This document shows, piece after piece, positions 37,957 to 47,840 of a stretch of 64,000 nt of DNA. Each line of letters begins with the position of its first letter. The stretch's first letter is position 1. The notes beneath the pieces were generated by a model that ran no database searches, was not told the origin of the DNA, and was given only the letters and a program-made list of their open reading frames with translations. The translations under genes were made by a program, and so were the position numbers. Origin of the DNA: Bacteroidota bacterium (GTDB lineage: Bacteria; Bacteroidota; Bacteroidia; Bacteroidales; ML635J-15); NCBI GenBank assembly GCA_051747965.1, contig JBNJGS010000006.1:178-64177 (forward strand). Reading direction: 5' to 3'.

Positions 37957-38640
37957 ATGAAAAACACTATACTCTTATTGATTTTTGCAAGCATAAGTAT
38001 GGCTCTTTCTGCACAGGACAAGAGCCTTGTGACACTGGAAGCCACAGTTTCCGATATGAAAGACAATCCTCGCCACGGGGAACAGATTTTATTTGAAAGT
38101 GAAACCACAGACAAAACGTATTCTGCAGTCACCGACAAAAACGGCAAACTAAGCCTGCAACTGCCCGGCCCGGACACCTACCTGATTAAGGTAAAAGGCA
38201 TTGGTTCTGAACTGGATTACAACAGAATTGAAATCCCGGAACTACAAGCGAACCAGAGTTATGGCACCTTTGAACTGACCATCAAATTTGATCCTCCCCG
38301 AACATTCGTACTTGACAACGTGTATTTTGATACGGGCAAATCTACCATCAAACACTCCTCCACTGCAGAACTGAACGAGTTGAAAGAGTATCTCGAATTA
38401 AAACCCTCTGTCAGGATTGAAATTGCCGGACATACAGATGATGTAGGTTCCGATGAGAACAATATGACCTTATCGCAAAACCGTGCGGAAGCTGTGCGGA
38501 ACTGGCTGATAAGAAGAGGCATTGATGGTGACAGAATAAAAGCCAAAGGCTATGGTGAAAACCAACCCGTCGCTCCCAATAATTCACCGGAAAACAGGCA
38601 AAAAAATCGCAGAACAGAAGTCAGAATTCTGAGCGAGTAA
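37957..38640 (+). CDS. OmpA family peptidoglycan-binding protein
   Basis: Start trimmed to ATG 37957 (MKNTILLLIFASISMALSAQ). C-terminal OmpA_C motifs: F.TGKSTI, IEIAGHTDDVGSDENNMTLSQNRAEAV, NRRTEV. Confidence 0.88.
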   Translation: MKNTILLLIFASISMALSAQDKSLVTLEATVSDMKDNPRHGEQILFESETTDKTYSAVTDKNGKLSLQLPGPDTYLIKVKGIGSELDYNRIEIPELQANQSYGTFELTIKFDPPRTFVLDNVYFDTGKSTIKHSSTAELNELKEYLELKPSVRIEIAGHTDDVGSDENNMTLSQNRAEAVRNWLIRRGIDGDRIKAKGYGENQPVAPNNSPENRQKNRRTEVRILSE

Positions 38641-38868
38641 AAAACAACAGTCATAAAAATCCGTTTCTGCTCATTTCGGGAATATAAGTGTAATCATCTT
38701 GCTTTACCGGATATTGCGCAAAATAAAATCTTTATTAATGGCTTACTCTGCCGGCACTACCGCTGCGGAACCAAATGTTTGGGTAGTTTACACATAAAAA
38801 ATCCGAAAAAACCTGAACAATATGGTCGTTCGGGGTTTAGTATGATGAACCCCTAAAAACAAAAAATA

Positions 38869-39063
38869 ATGGCTATTAAAAATTTAAGAATCGAAGAAGG
38901 ATGCACTGCATGTGGTGTATGTGAAGAAGTTGCACCGGATGTTTTTAAAGTAGAAGATGAAGCAATCATCATTGAAGGCGCAGATTTGGCGGCCAATGAA
39001 GATGAAATCAGAGAGGCTGCCGAAGAATGTCCGGTTGAAGTAATCCAATTTGATGAAGCCTGA
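38869..39063 (+). CDS. small ferredoxin (single Fe-S cluster type)
   Basis: 64 aa, acidic. CTACGVC ... CP motif (CxxCxxC...CP). Confidence 0.85.
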   Translation: MAIKNLRIEEGCTACGVCEEVAPDVFKVEDEAIIIEGADLAANEDEIREAAEECPVEVIQFDEA

Positions 39064-39080
39064 TCAGTGTAAAACCAAAA

Positions 39081-39109
39081 GATGGCCGCTCCGGGGCGGA
39101 GCGGCCATC
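39081..39109 (+). terminator. strong terminator hairpin after the ferredoxin gene (bidirectional-looking)
   Basis: Perfect 13-bp GC-rich stem GATGGCCGCTCCG / CGGAGCGGCCATC with a GGG loop. Flanked by AAAA upstream and AAAAAA downstream. Confidence 0.8.
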
Positions 39110-39284
39110 AAAAAACCAATTAAACTAAACCATTAACCATTAATCTCCGCTAAGGGGCCACGGAGCAAGCCATATTCTTTATTTTAGCACCAATTATTCT
39201 ACATCTACAAAGTTATATAAGCCGGAATTTATCCCATACGTAGTAATGCTTATTTTTAATTTAGGCTTTTTTGCCTAATCGCCA

Positions 39285-40448
39285 CTACGTATTTGTACGT
39301 ATGTACTGAACAAAGAACAAAGACAGCAAAGCAATGCCTGCCCCGGCAATGAAAGGAATACGCCAGTTAAGCAGCCACAGAGCACCACCCAGCACCGGAA
39401 TAACAACAGCAGAAATGTGATTGATGGCATAAGCCGTGCTTACTGACGGGGCAACATCCTGCGGATCTGCAACTTTCTGAAAATATGTATTGATGCCCAT
39501 GGCAAAGCCAAAAAATATGTGATCAATTACATACAATACAAGTACAAGCCATACCTGCTCAATAAAAGCATAACCGAGAAAAACCAGGAAAAGGCTGCTG
39601 TATTCCAGGCTAAGCATTTTTCGTTCACCAAAGCGCGCAATGCCCCGTGCAATATAAGGGTAAACAAAAAAGGTCAATAGATTATTAATAATATAAAGTA
39701 TGGATACCTGCTGCACCGAAAATCCATACTTTTTGACAAGCATAAAAACGGCAAAGACAACAAAAACCTGCCTCCTTGCACCACTTAGGAAACTTAACAG
39801 GTAATAAAGCCAGTATTTTTTCTTAATAAACAAACGTTTGCGCTGCTTAATGACAACATCCAGATTACGCCTGTCGCTAAGAGCATATACACCCAGGCCA
39901 ATGATGATAAGCCCAAATGCCAGGTAAATGAACTTCATTGCCACATAGCCGGCAATAAACCATATCAATATCCCGACAAAGATGTTAATAATGGCACCAT
40001 AAGATTTGTATCGCGCCAGCATGTGCGGAGATTCGTCCGTACTAAAATGCTGCAGTGTGAGTGATTTATTGACAGTTTCGAAATAATGAAAGCCGAGTGA
40101 AAAAACAAAGGTAGTAAGCAAGAGGCCTGTGAAGCTCGGGAAAAAGCCCGTTACAGCAAGCCCGGCTCCCATCAGAACAATGGCCCAGGCTGCAAACCGG
40201 TGCTCACGAAATAACAGGAGAAAAAATACAACAAAAAATGTTAGCAGACCGGGCAATTCCCGGATCGACTGAATGCTTCCCACGGCAAGACCGCCCAGGC
40301 CAACCTCATCAACGGCAAAATTATTAAACAGTGTGCGCCATGCCTGCAGACCGGCCACAGATACAAGTGCCAGCAGCATCAGGTATGAATAGGCTTTGTT
40401 CTGCTTCATCCCTTCCAGCACAATCTTCCGCTGCTCTTTTCGTGTCAT
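39285..40448 (-). CDS. MFS-type transporter (putative)
   Basis: 387 aa with about 10-12 hydrophobic helices and a loop motif GIARFGERK resembling MFS motif A. Substrate unknown. Confidence 0.7.
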   Translation of the reverse strand: MTRKEQRKIVLEGMKQNKAYSYLMLLALVSVAGLQAWRTLFNNFAVDEVGLGGLAVGSIQSIRELPGLLTFFVVFFLLLFREHRFAAWAIVLMGAGLAVTGFFPSFTGLLLTTFVFSLGFHYFETVNKSLTLQHFSTDESPHMLARYKSYGAIINIFVGILIWFIAGYVAMKFIYLAFGLIIIGLGVYALSDRRNLDVVIKQRKRLFIKKKYWLYYLLSFLSGARRQVFVVFAVFMLVKKYGFSVQQVSILYIINNLLTFFVYPYIARGIARFGERKMLSLEYSSLFLVFLGYAFIEQVWLVLVLYVIDHIFFGFAMGINTYFQKVADPQDVAPSVSTAYAINHISAVVIPVLGGALWLLNWRIPFIAGAGIALLSLFFVQYIRTNT

Positions 40449-40522
40449 GCTGCAAAGGTGAGCAGTTTAATCAGAAAATCCAATCTTTTTGAACAAATGT
40501 TCACATAATCAAAACTCCTGCA

Positions 40523-42973
40523 TTAGGAATCCATTCCCTGGCCGACACTTCCTGTATTCCTGTCACCGTGGCGAAATCTGTATCTTAGAGACAAACTAAA
40601 AACGGGCGTGTATCTTGTTGAATAAAGCACCTCACGGGTGGATTCCACACCGGCATAATTGTTATAGTTTCCTTGTTGTGTAAGGTTTGTGAGCAGGTTT
40701 CTGGCTGACAGAGAAATCATAAGTTTCCGCTCGAAAAAATGCTGTGAAAAGGAGACCATAGCGCTGAAGGAAGGAAAATCGTAGCCGTCAAAACGGACAT
40801 CGCGGCTTTGATAATTCAAATACAGCTTTCCGGACGTACTTTTGGCAATTTTCACACTGCCATTCAGCTTGGCAGAAAAGCCGTAATTCCTTTTGACAAT
40901 TTCTTCAACAGGCACTCCCTGGGCTTCCAGACTTTCTGAAAGGCTGGCTGCATCAATATAACTGTGGTAAATACTGGATGAAAAACTCAGGCTGTATTTT
41001 CCATTAAAAGACAGGTAAGCAGACAAATCTGCACCCAGTCTGGACTGAAAGGCAATATTGTCCGGCATCCTGATGCTAAGTATCTCATTTACCGGATAAG
41101 ACATGTATGAAACTTCATTGTTGGTCTGGCTGTAAAACAACTCAGCCGACATATTCCACAGGGGTTTGTTATAATTGTATCCCAGATAAACATTGTTGTA
41201 GGCAGAAGGTTCCAGATCGGGATTGCCGGTGCTCCAGGAGGTGGGACTGCGTTTCACAACAAAATCACTCAGATAACCAGCCCAGGGCACACGCACGGAA
41301 CGGGAATAACTCAGCTTAATATCCTGCAGGCTGTCAAGCGTAAATTGAATTGTGGCAGATGGCAGCAGGTTAAAATACTGCTTTCGTACCCGGATGCTTG
41401 TATCCTCCAGACTTTCCGTATAATGATCATAATTATGGTGGTATGCTTTATGTTCCTGCTCAAGGCCAGCATCCAGTTTCCACTTATTCAGTCTTGTCCC
41501 GAAACGGAAAGACAGGCTCTGATTCACCGTATATCCTTCCTGATTTTCATATTGAGATATCACCGGGTCTCCATCAACATAATGCTGACTTTCATTGGAA
41601 AAAACCGGACTGTAACGTCCCCGGTAACGCATGTTCCAGCGCGTATTTTCAGATACAGGATGATTGTAGTACATCCCAGTCATGAAGCCGGCATCTTTAT
41701 CTGTACTTACAGTGCGGTATGTACTGCTGTTATCCACTGGACTCCCGCCCAAAACCAGGTAATCGTAAGCGTTTTTTGATACTGATTCACTGCGCAGGTC
41801 AGGCATGGAATAATGCAGATAGGCAGTAAATTCCCGCAGCGTAGTGTCAAAACTGTGCCGCAGAAAAGCATAGGCATTGGTACTCAGACGTTCATTATTG
41901 TTATTTGAAGTTTTCAGATAATGCTGATGAATGTTATCATCAAGATACAGGAGGTTTTCTGATTCTGACTCTGAGTCCCACGTATAGCGGTTCATCCCTG
42001 CAGCCATAAGCAACTTGGTTTTATCGGTAATTTCCCATTGTGCTCCAAAGGAATTATACATATACAGGTAAGCATTTTGATTAAAGGTCTCAGATTCGGT
42101 ATCATAAAGGATATCTCCTGCACGTCTTTCACCCTCTGTCACTGCCTCTTCCCTGTTATTGTTTCCGTACAGCCAGAAATTATTAAAAATCAAAAAATCA
42201 CCTTTTTTATAATTCAGGTTAATATAACCGTTGGAGTAGCTCAGGCTTTCGAAATCCGGAGTGCCTGTTCTGCCGCTCAGCACACCACTGAAACCATCGG
42301 TTGTGGCCTTTTTTAGTTTGATGTTTATGATCCCGCCTTTACCATCTCCTCCACTCCGCATGGATGCATCAATTAGCTCAATTTTCTCCACATTATCCAC
42401 TGGAATCATTGCTATATCAGGATAAATATATTCTGCAGGCATGTCATCCACCAATATTTCCGGGGTGCTGCCTTTATACCGGATATTGTCTTCCTGATCT
42501 ACTACAACTCCCGGCAGAGCACGCAGCAGATCATATATATCCCGGGATGCAGCTTTCTGTTCCTCATCCACACTGTAAACTTTCCGGTCGAATTTCTGCA
42601 CAACCTTATTCTGTGCAGCAACATTCACTTCCGAAAGCACCGTGGTATCCGGGCTCAGGTATAATTTTCCCATGTCCACTTTTCGCCCGCCAGACATATC
42701 CACAGGCCAGCGCTTACTCCGATATCCAAGGCTACTTGCTTCAAGCGTAAGTTCACTCATTTTATCACAGGAAAGCGTAAACAAGCCATTTTCATCTGTC
42801 ATGCTACCCACCACAGCCGAATCCCGGGCATTGAGCAATACGATGTTTGAATACGGCAAAGCAGCTTTACTTTTGGAATCGTATAGACTTCCTGAGATTT
42901 TTATGGATTGTCCTGAAACAGGCAATCCCACAACAATAGCGAGACCAAGCAAAAAAGCAAAATTACGTAACAT
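40523..42973 (-). CDS. TonB-dependent receptor-like outer membrane beta-barrel protein (CarboxypepD_reg-like + plug + barrel)
   Basis: 816 aa with a signal peptide. N-terminal ISGSLYDSKSKAALPYSNIVLL...DENGLFTL. Plug-like DLLRALPGVVVDQEDNIRYKGS. C-terminal aromatic-rich strands ending in YRF. Confidence 0.8.
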   Translation of the reverse strand: MLRNFAFLLGLAIVVGLPVSGQSIKISGSLYDSKSKAALPYSNIVLLNARDSAVVGSMTDENGLFTLSCDKMSELTLEASSLGYRSKRWPVDMSGGRKVDMGKLYLSPDTTVLSEVNVAAQNKVVQKFDRKVYSVDEEQKAASRDIYDLLRALPGVVVDQEDNIRYKGSTPEILVDDMPAEYIYPDIAMIPVDNVEKIELIDASMRSGGDGKGGIINIKLKKATTDGFSGVLSGRTGTPDFESLSYSNGYINLNYKKGDFLIFNNFWLYGNNNREEAVTEGERRAGDILYDTESETFNQNAYLYMYNSFGAQWEITDKTKLLMAAGMNRYTWDSESESENLLYLDDNIHQHYLKTSNNNNERLSTNAYAFLRHSFDTTLREFTAYLHYSMPDLRSESVSKNAYDYLVLGGSPVDNSSTYRTVSTDKDAGFMTGMYYNHPVSENTRWNMRYRGRYSPVFSNESQHYVDGDPVISQYENQEGYTVNQSLSFRFGTRLNKWKLDAGLEQEHKAYHHNYDHYTESLEDTSIRVRKQYFNLLPSATIQFTLDSLQDIKLSYSRSVRVPWAGYLSDFVVKRSPTSWSTGNPDLEPSAYNNVYLGYNYNKPLWNMSAELFYSQTNNEVSYMSYPVNEILSIRMPDNIAFQSRLGADLSAYLSFNGKYSLSFSSSIYHSYIDAASLSESLEAQGVPVEEIVKRNYGFSAKLNGSVKIAKSTSGKLYLNYQSRDVRFDGYDFPSFSAMVSFSQHFFERKLMISLSARNLLTNLTQQGNYNNYAGVESTREVLYSTRYTPVFSLSLRYRFRHGDRNTGSVGQGMDS

Positions 42974-43112
42974 GATATTATACTTTGATTGTTTTTAATA
43001 AATGTTCAATAAACGTCAATAAAATGCCTACTAAGGTACATAATTTAACAGATACACAAACAAACATATTGTATGAATTGTAAAAAACATTCATTTTTTG
43101 TAATTTTGTTCT

Positions 43113-43802
43113 ATGCGTAAAGTTTTGTTTTTATGTATATTAATCTTCAACGGCTCATTGCTTTTTTCCCGGGAGTTGCCGGATTCATGCCTGTACGAAA
43201 AGGATAATTGGCCCGAGGTAGCTGACAGCCTGAGCGATAGCATCACCCGTGACGTAAGTATTGATACCAGCTACGCACCGGCATTCTACACAGCTTTAGC
43301 CCAATATCCGGATCTGTATGATACGGAAATCTATTTTAAAGAAAAAGCCATCAAAACAACTGCAGCCACGCGGCCAAAATTCTTTTCCGTATTTAAAAAA
43401 CCTGAAAACAGATCATATCAAATATTTGTCAATGACAAAAACAAACCGGAAAAATCAGTTTATTACCGTAATTTACCATACAATGCACGCATCGGGCTGC
43501 TTGGCCATGAATTATCTCATATTCTGGATTTCAGCAAGATGAGTTCTTTGGAAATTATCGGGATGGGAATAAAATATGCTTTCAGTCCAAAATACAGAAA
43601 AGAGCTGGAACATCAGGTTGACCAACAGGCCATTGAACACGGACTGGGTTGGCAGGTGTACACATTCACCGACTATGTTAACAACAAAAGTCAGGCCTGT
43701 CCTGCGTACATCAGTTATAAAAGAAAATATTACATGTTACCTGAAGAGATCATCGAATACATAAATCATACTGACAGCATCAGCGAGGTGGCTGATCATT
43801 GA
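43113..43802 (+). CDS. hypothetical secreted protein with HExxH motif
   Basis: 229 aa with a signal peptide. A single HELSH motif (LLGHELSHILDF). No other family recognised. A TAATTTTG box sits at 43101-43108, immediately upstream of the ATG. Confidence 0.5.
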   Translation: MRKVLFLCILIFNGSLLFSRELPDSCLYEKDNWPEVADSLSDSITRDVSIDTSYAPAFYTALAQYPDLYDTEIYFKEKAIKTTAATRPKFFSVFKKPENRSYQIFVNDKNKPEKSVYYRNLPYNARIGLLGHELSHILDFSKMSSLEIIGMGIKYAFSPKYRKELEHQVDQQAIEHGLGWQVYTFTDYVNNKSQACPAYISYKRKYYMLPEEIIEYINHTDSISEVADH

Positions 43803-45537
43803 GTTCATGAATTTGCTGCTTTTCTTTCCGGTGATGCATTTTTTTCATGTTTTTTTTATCGTCACGGGATGTTTCAACATCGGGAGCATGGATATAAAAC
43901 ATACTGTTGATTTGTCTCCTTTCAGAATCTTTCACATCGGAAACTGCTGTTTTCTTTCGCACAGGCGGATAATAAAGAAAATAATTTTCATCGTAAAACA
44001 CCAGGCGATAAAGGTTATGCAGCATCAGGTAATCCATGCCGGCAAAATCATAATCGGCTTCGGCCCTGCGTGTAGGTACTGTGGTGGGCCAGACAATACG
44101 TGAAGATGTACACCAATGCACTGAGTATCCTTTTTTTGTGGTATCGGAAAAAGGACCATTTTCAGGAGCTTCAAGCAGCAAATCGGCAAACCAGGCAGAG
44201 TCAGCAACCCATGCTTCACTTCCTTTGTAGTAATCCTTTAGCCCCTCTTTGTTGAGCAGGTAATTGGTCAGCACATAGTAGCGGTATTCTTCAGGGTTTC
44301 CAAGATTGCGCAGGGCTTCAATCACAGGTTCGCGCTGCCCGTGGACATTGCCAAAAGCTGCAAGTGAACGGGTTTTATTATCATCCCAGTTGCGCGGTAA
44401 TGCAATGGCTGCTCCGAAAGGCAATTTCAACTCTTTATAAAACACCGTTTCAAAAAGCCATTTTGTAAATCCCCGGCCGGAACCTTCAAAATGCAAATCA
44501 TTTCTGCCGGTAATTTCCTGCACAGTTTCAGCAAATCCGTATGCATTCACCAGAATTCCAAAATCTTCACCAGAGCCTTCCCGCACGGGATGTTCCGTTA
44601 CGGGATTCATAATATACCAGCGGGTAGCCATCAGTTTAAAAAACTCTACGGGCCGGATTTTACCCATGCCATACCAGGGTTTAAAAACCATGGATGCCTG
44701 TTTTTCATCCTGATGCAGGTTGCTGTACAAGCGAAGGCTCATGTCTTTTGCCCAGCTTCTGAAATCAATTGTATCCCCTGTCATAATGCCTTTGGACCTC
44801 AGGTATTCCGGTATCATATCATTTTCAAACCGCACCGGGATCTCCTTAACCGACTCTCTGTCCATAAAGTGTTCCATGATAGCCAAGGCTTCCAGATGAT
44901 GTACTATCACATCCTGACTAAGGCCCTGCATTGGAATTGTGCCCTCCTGAAAAATGGATTTGTAACGGTTGGTTCCTGTATGTTGCTCATCCGCTTCACC
45001 CAATTCAAATCCGAAATGTTTATGATGAGCCTGCCAAAATCCAAAACTCACATCATCACGGATCATAAAACCATTGATATCTGCGGGATAACGGATATAG
45101 TTACTGATAGAATCACCTTCATACAGAATTTTTTTGTTGTGATATGTACGCAAATTATATTCCGAATACAAATCCAGGCGCTCCAGAGCCAGCATGGCAT
45201 AATATAATTGGGCAAGGCTGTGCTCATAGGTTTCTTTGTTTCGTTTTAACAATTCGATCTCTGTCACCAGGAAAGATATGTAATTGTTAAAGTTGCTGTT
45301 CCCATCACTCCAGCCCAGGATATCGCGGCCCCATTTGTTGGTACGCCTGTCCACGGCAGGAATATTCACGCCATAATATTCCACATCTTCACTGACAATC
45401 AAAAATTCATTTTCCAGCCTTTCCCTGTAATCGTTGTATTTTGCCATCATCCTGATATGAGGATAATCCTGAGCATGAGTCAGCAAAGGCCAGGCGGTTA
45501 CCAACAAAAGCAGTATGAGCCTGTAATTATTTTGCAT
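43780..45537 (-). CDS. hypothetical secreted protein (585 aa), no recognisable family
   Basis: Start trimmed to ATG 45537 (MQNNYRLILLLLVTAWPLLTHAQ, signal peptide). Long uninterrupted ORF. The 5' end overlaps the CDF transporter stop by 11 nt. The 3' end overlaps the convergent gene by 23 nt. Confidence 0.6.
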   Translation of the reverse strand: MQNNYRLILLLLVTAWPLLTHAQDYPHIRMMAKYNDYRERLENEFLIVSEDVEYYGVNIPAVDRRTNKWGRDILGWSDGNSNFNNYISFLVTEIELLKRNKETYEHSLAQLYYAMLALERLDLYSEYNLRTYHNKKILYEGDSISNYIRYPADINGFMIRDDVSFGFWQAHHKHFGFELGEADEQHTGTNRYKSIFQEGTIPMQGLSQDVIVHHLEALAIMEHFMDRESVKEIPVRFENDMIPEYLRSKGIMTGDTIDFRSWAKDMSLRLYSNLHQDEKQASMVFKPWYGMGKIRPVEFFKLMATRWYIMNPVTEHPVREGSGEDFGILVNAYGFAETVQEITGRNDLHFEGSGRGFTKWLFETVFYKELKLPFGAAIALPRNWDDNKTRSLAAFGNVHGQREPVIEALRNLGNPEEYRYYVLTNYLLNKEGLKDYYKGSEAWVADSAWFADLLLEAPENGPFSDTTKKGYSVHWCTSSRIVWPTTVPTRRAEADYDFAGMDYLMLHNLYRLVFYDENYFLYYPPVRKKTAVSDVKDSERRQINSMFYIHAPDVETSRDDKKNMKKMHHRKEKQQIHELNDQPPR

Positions 45538-46390
45538 CCACCTGAATGGTTGGTTCGACATCAAGTTTTTCTCTGATAGCCACACATACTTTTTTTTGAA
45601 TTTCATTTACCTGATACAGGGACATTTCACCAGGCATTGAGATGTGAAAAGTCAGTTCATCGTGGTCGCCGTATGAATGCACATGGAAATGGTGGGAAAG
45701 TACATCGAAGCCGGCAACATTGTTGGCAATTTCCCTTACTTGTTTTACAAGATTTCCATCAGGTTTTCTTCCCAAAATCACATCAATTGCTTTGACTATG
45801 ATGTGCCAGGCTGTATAAAATATTACCAGGGCAACGAGAATCCCCAGCACACCATCAATCCACCAGGCATACTTTTGAAACATGATTCCAATCAAAATCA
45901 CCAATGAGGATATGGCATCACTTCTATGATGCCAGGCATCTGCCTTTAGAGTCAAAGAATCAAGTTTTTTGCCCACGTACAGAGAATACTGAGCCATGCC
46001 TTCTTTCACCAGCAGGGAAATGATGGTAACGACAATGGCCAGGGTTCCGAATTCCGTTGCTTCTCTGGAAATCAGCTTTTTGATGGCTTCAACACCAAAA
46101 TTTGCACCAATCACAATAAGGATCACTCCGATAATCACTGAAGCCACCAACCTAAACCGTCCATGTCCGTATGGATGCATCATATCGGGAGGCTTACTGG
46201 CTGCTTTGTAAAACACGAGCAGAACAATGGACGAAGCGGAATCGCTAAGTGTATGCCAGGCATCTGCCATGAGTGCAACACTACCACTGACAACACCTGC
46301 CCAAAGCTTTAAGGCAAAAAGCAAGATATTGCCTGCAACAGCAATCCATCCGGCCAACATAGCCTTTCCATATGATATCTTACTGGACAT
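45527..46390 (-). CDS. cation diffusion facilitator (CDF) family metal efflux transporter
   Basis: 287 aa with six TM helices. ADAWHTLSDS and ADAWHHRSD metal-site motifs. C-terminal cytoplasmic domain. Confidence 0.9.
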   Translation of the reverse strand: MSSKISYGKAMLAGWIAVAGNILLFALKLWAGVVSGSVALMADAWHTLSDSASSIVLLVFYKAASKPPDMMHPYGHGRFRLVASVIIGVILIVIGANFGVEAIKKLISREATEFGTLAIVVTIISLLVKEGMAQYSLYVGKKLDSLTLKADAWHHRSDAISSLVILIGIMFQKYAWWIDGVLGILVALVIFYTAWHIIVKAIDVILGRKPDGNLVKQVREIANNVAGFDVLSHHFHVHSYGDHDELTFHISMPGEMSLYQVNEIQKKVCVAIREKLDVEPTIQVDAK

Positions 46391-46437
46391 TTTTTGCTAA
46401 ATTAGCACAAAAACATCAAAGTCAAAAACAACAGATA

Positions 46438-46860
46438 TTATTCTTTTTTCGAGAGTTGCTTACTTACAGCCGCCTGAAGTGTTTCTTTTTGCTGCAGTCC
46501 GATTTCTTTCCACATTACTTGTCCTTTCTGAAAAATAATGATGGTGGGAATGCTTCTTACCTGATATTTGGCAGCGATTCTGGGAAAGGCATCCACATCC
46601 AGTTTCAGGACACGAATCTCATCTTTCATTTCTGTACTTAGCTCGCTCACAATGGGTCCCTGAATTTTACAGGGCCGGCACCAGTCGGCATAGAAATCCA
46701 CCACGACTGGTTGGTCAGCCTTTATGTGTTCATAGAATTCTTCATCATTCTCAACCACAATCACATCCCCGTCAGGTTCACCTGCACCGCATGACATTAC
46801 AGAAGCAAATAATAAGGCCACAAACAAAACTGTCAACGATAATTTACCCGGATTTTTCAT
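46438..46860 (-). CDS. exported thioredoxin family protein (lipoprotein-like)
   Basis: 140 aa. Signal peptide with VMSC lipobox. WCRPCK active site. IPTIIIF. Confidence 0.88.
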   Translation of the reverse strand: MKNPGKLSLTVLFVALLFASVMSCGAGEPDGDVIVVENDEEFYEHIKADQPVVVDFYADWCRPCKIQGPIVSELSTEMKDEIRVLKLDVDAFPRIAAKYQVRSIPTIIIFQKGQVMWKEIGLQQKETLQAAVSKQLSKKE

Positions 46861-47080
46861 TTTTATTTCTCTTTTTAGTTATCCATGTATCAATACTGTC
46901 TCCAATAACCCAACCCAGCAAGCCGCCAAGCGCCATATCGTAATACCACAATTTTTTTAGCGGACAGGCTCCACTGGCACAACCCACGTAGTAGTAATAC
47001 AAAAAACCTGCCAATAAGCCGACCATGGTCAACCAAAAGGCAAGGGGATGCTTTTTGTAAAAATATTTTATTTTATTCAT
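46844..47080 (-). CDS. small membrane protein with GCxSGxCP motif (resembles the DUF6132 family)
   Basis: 78 aa, two hydrophobic helices flanking VGCASGACPL. Overlaps the thioredoxin start by 17 nt. The family name is from memory and unverified. Confidence 0.5.
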   Translation of the reverse strand: MNKIKYFYKKHPLAFWLTMVGLLAGFLYYYYVGCASGACPLKKLWYYDMALGGLLGWVIGDSIDTWITKKRNKNEKSG

Positions 47081-47177
47081 AAATTTCTAAAAGTGCTAAA
47101 CAGGCGGGCTGCTTTTTTGTTCATAAAATAAAGACAAAGATTTCAGATTAAAACATTATCTTTAAAAAAATCATCAT

Positions 47178-47705
47178 ATGGCACTTATAAAAAAAGTACG
47201 CAACATCAGTCCGCAAATTGGCAGAGACTGTTTTCTGGCAGAAACAGCGGTCATTATTGGAGACGTTAAGATTGGCAACAACTGCAGCATTTGGTACAAC
47301 ACTGTGCTTCGGGGTGATGTAAATTCCATAAATATCGGAAACAATGTAAACATTCAGGATGGTGCTGTGCTTCACACTTTATTCAAAAAATCAACCATAC
47401 AGATTGGAGATAAAGTGAGCATTGCTCACAACGTTACTATCCACGGGGCTGAAATTCATGATTTCGCACTCATTGGCATAGGTGCCACCATTCTTGATCA
47501 TGCTGTGATCGGGAAACATGCCATCATCGCGGCCAACTCCCTTGTAAAAGCCGGCACTGAAGTGGAGCCCTACTCTGTTTATGCAGGCATACCTGCCAAA
47601 AAAATCAAAGATGTTGATCCGGAACAGAGTCATGAGATGAATGAAAGAATCGCAAATAATTATGTGAAATACGCAGGGTGGTACAAAGAAGCTGACAGTT
47701 GGTGA
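47178..47705 (+). CDS. gamma carbonic anhydrase family / hexapeptide-repeat protein
   Basis: 175 aa. Left-handed beta-helix hexapeptide repeats. AVIIGDVKIGNNCSIWYNTVLRGDVN.I.IG and the AHNVTIHG pattern. Confidence 0.9.
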   Translation: MALIKKVRNISPQIGRDCFLAETAVIIGDVKIGNNCSIWYNTVLRGDVNSINIGNNVNIQDGAVLHTLFKKSTIQIGDKVSIAHNVTIHGAEIHDFALIGIGATILDHAVIGKHAIIAANSLVKAGTEVEPYSVYAGIPAKKIKDVDPEQSHEMNERIANNYVKYAGWYKEADSW

Positions 47706-47840
47706 ATAAAACATCTCCCAAAATCCGCTTATTAAAACATACTGTAGGCCCGGGAAAAAAAAAAAGACCATCAGTTAGAATAATTTTTCTTATTTTAGCA
47801 AGGTAGATACAAAGGTATCTGACCAGATAAACAATTATTT

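Noticed and set aside
44491-45207. 238-aa plus-strand ORF inside the 585-aa hypothetical gene
   Set aside because: It is an antisense shadow ORF with no signal, motif or plausible start context. The minus-strand frame is much longer and begins with a clean signal peptide.
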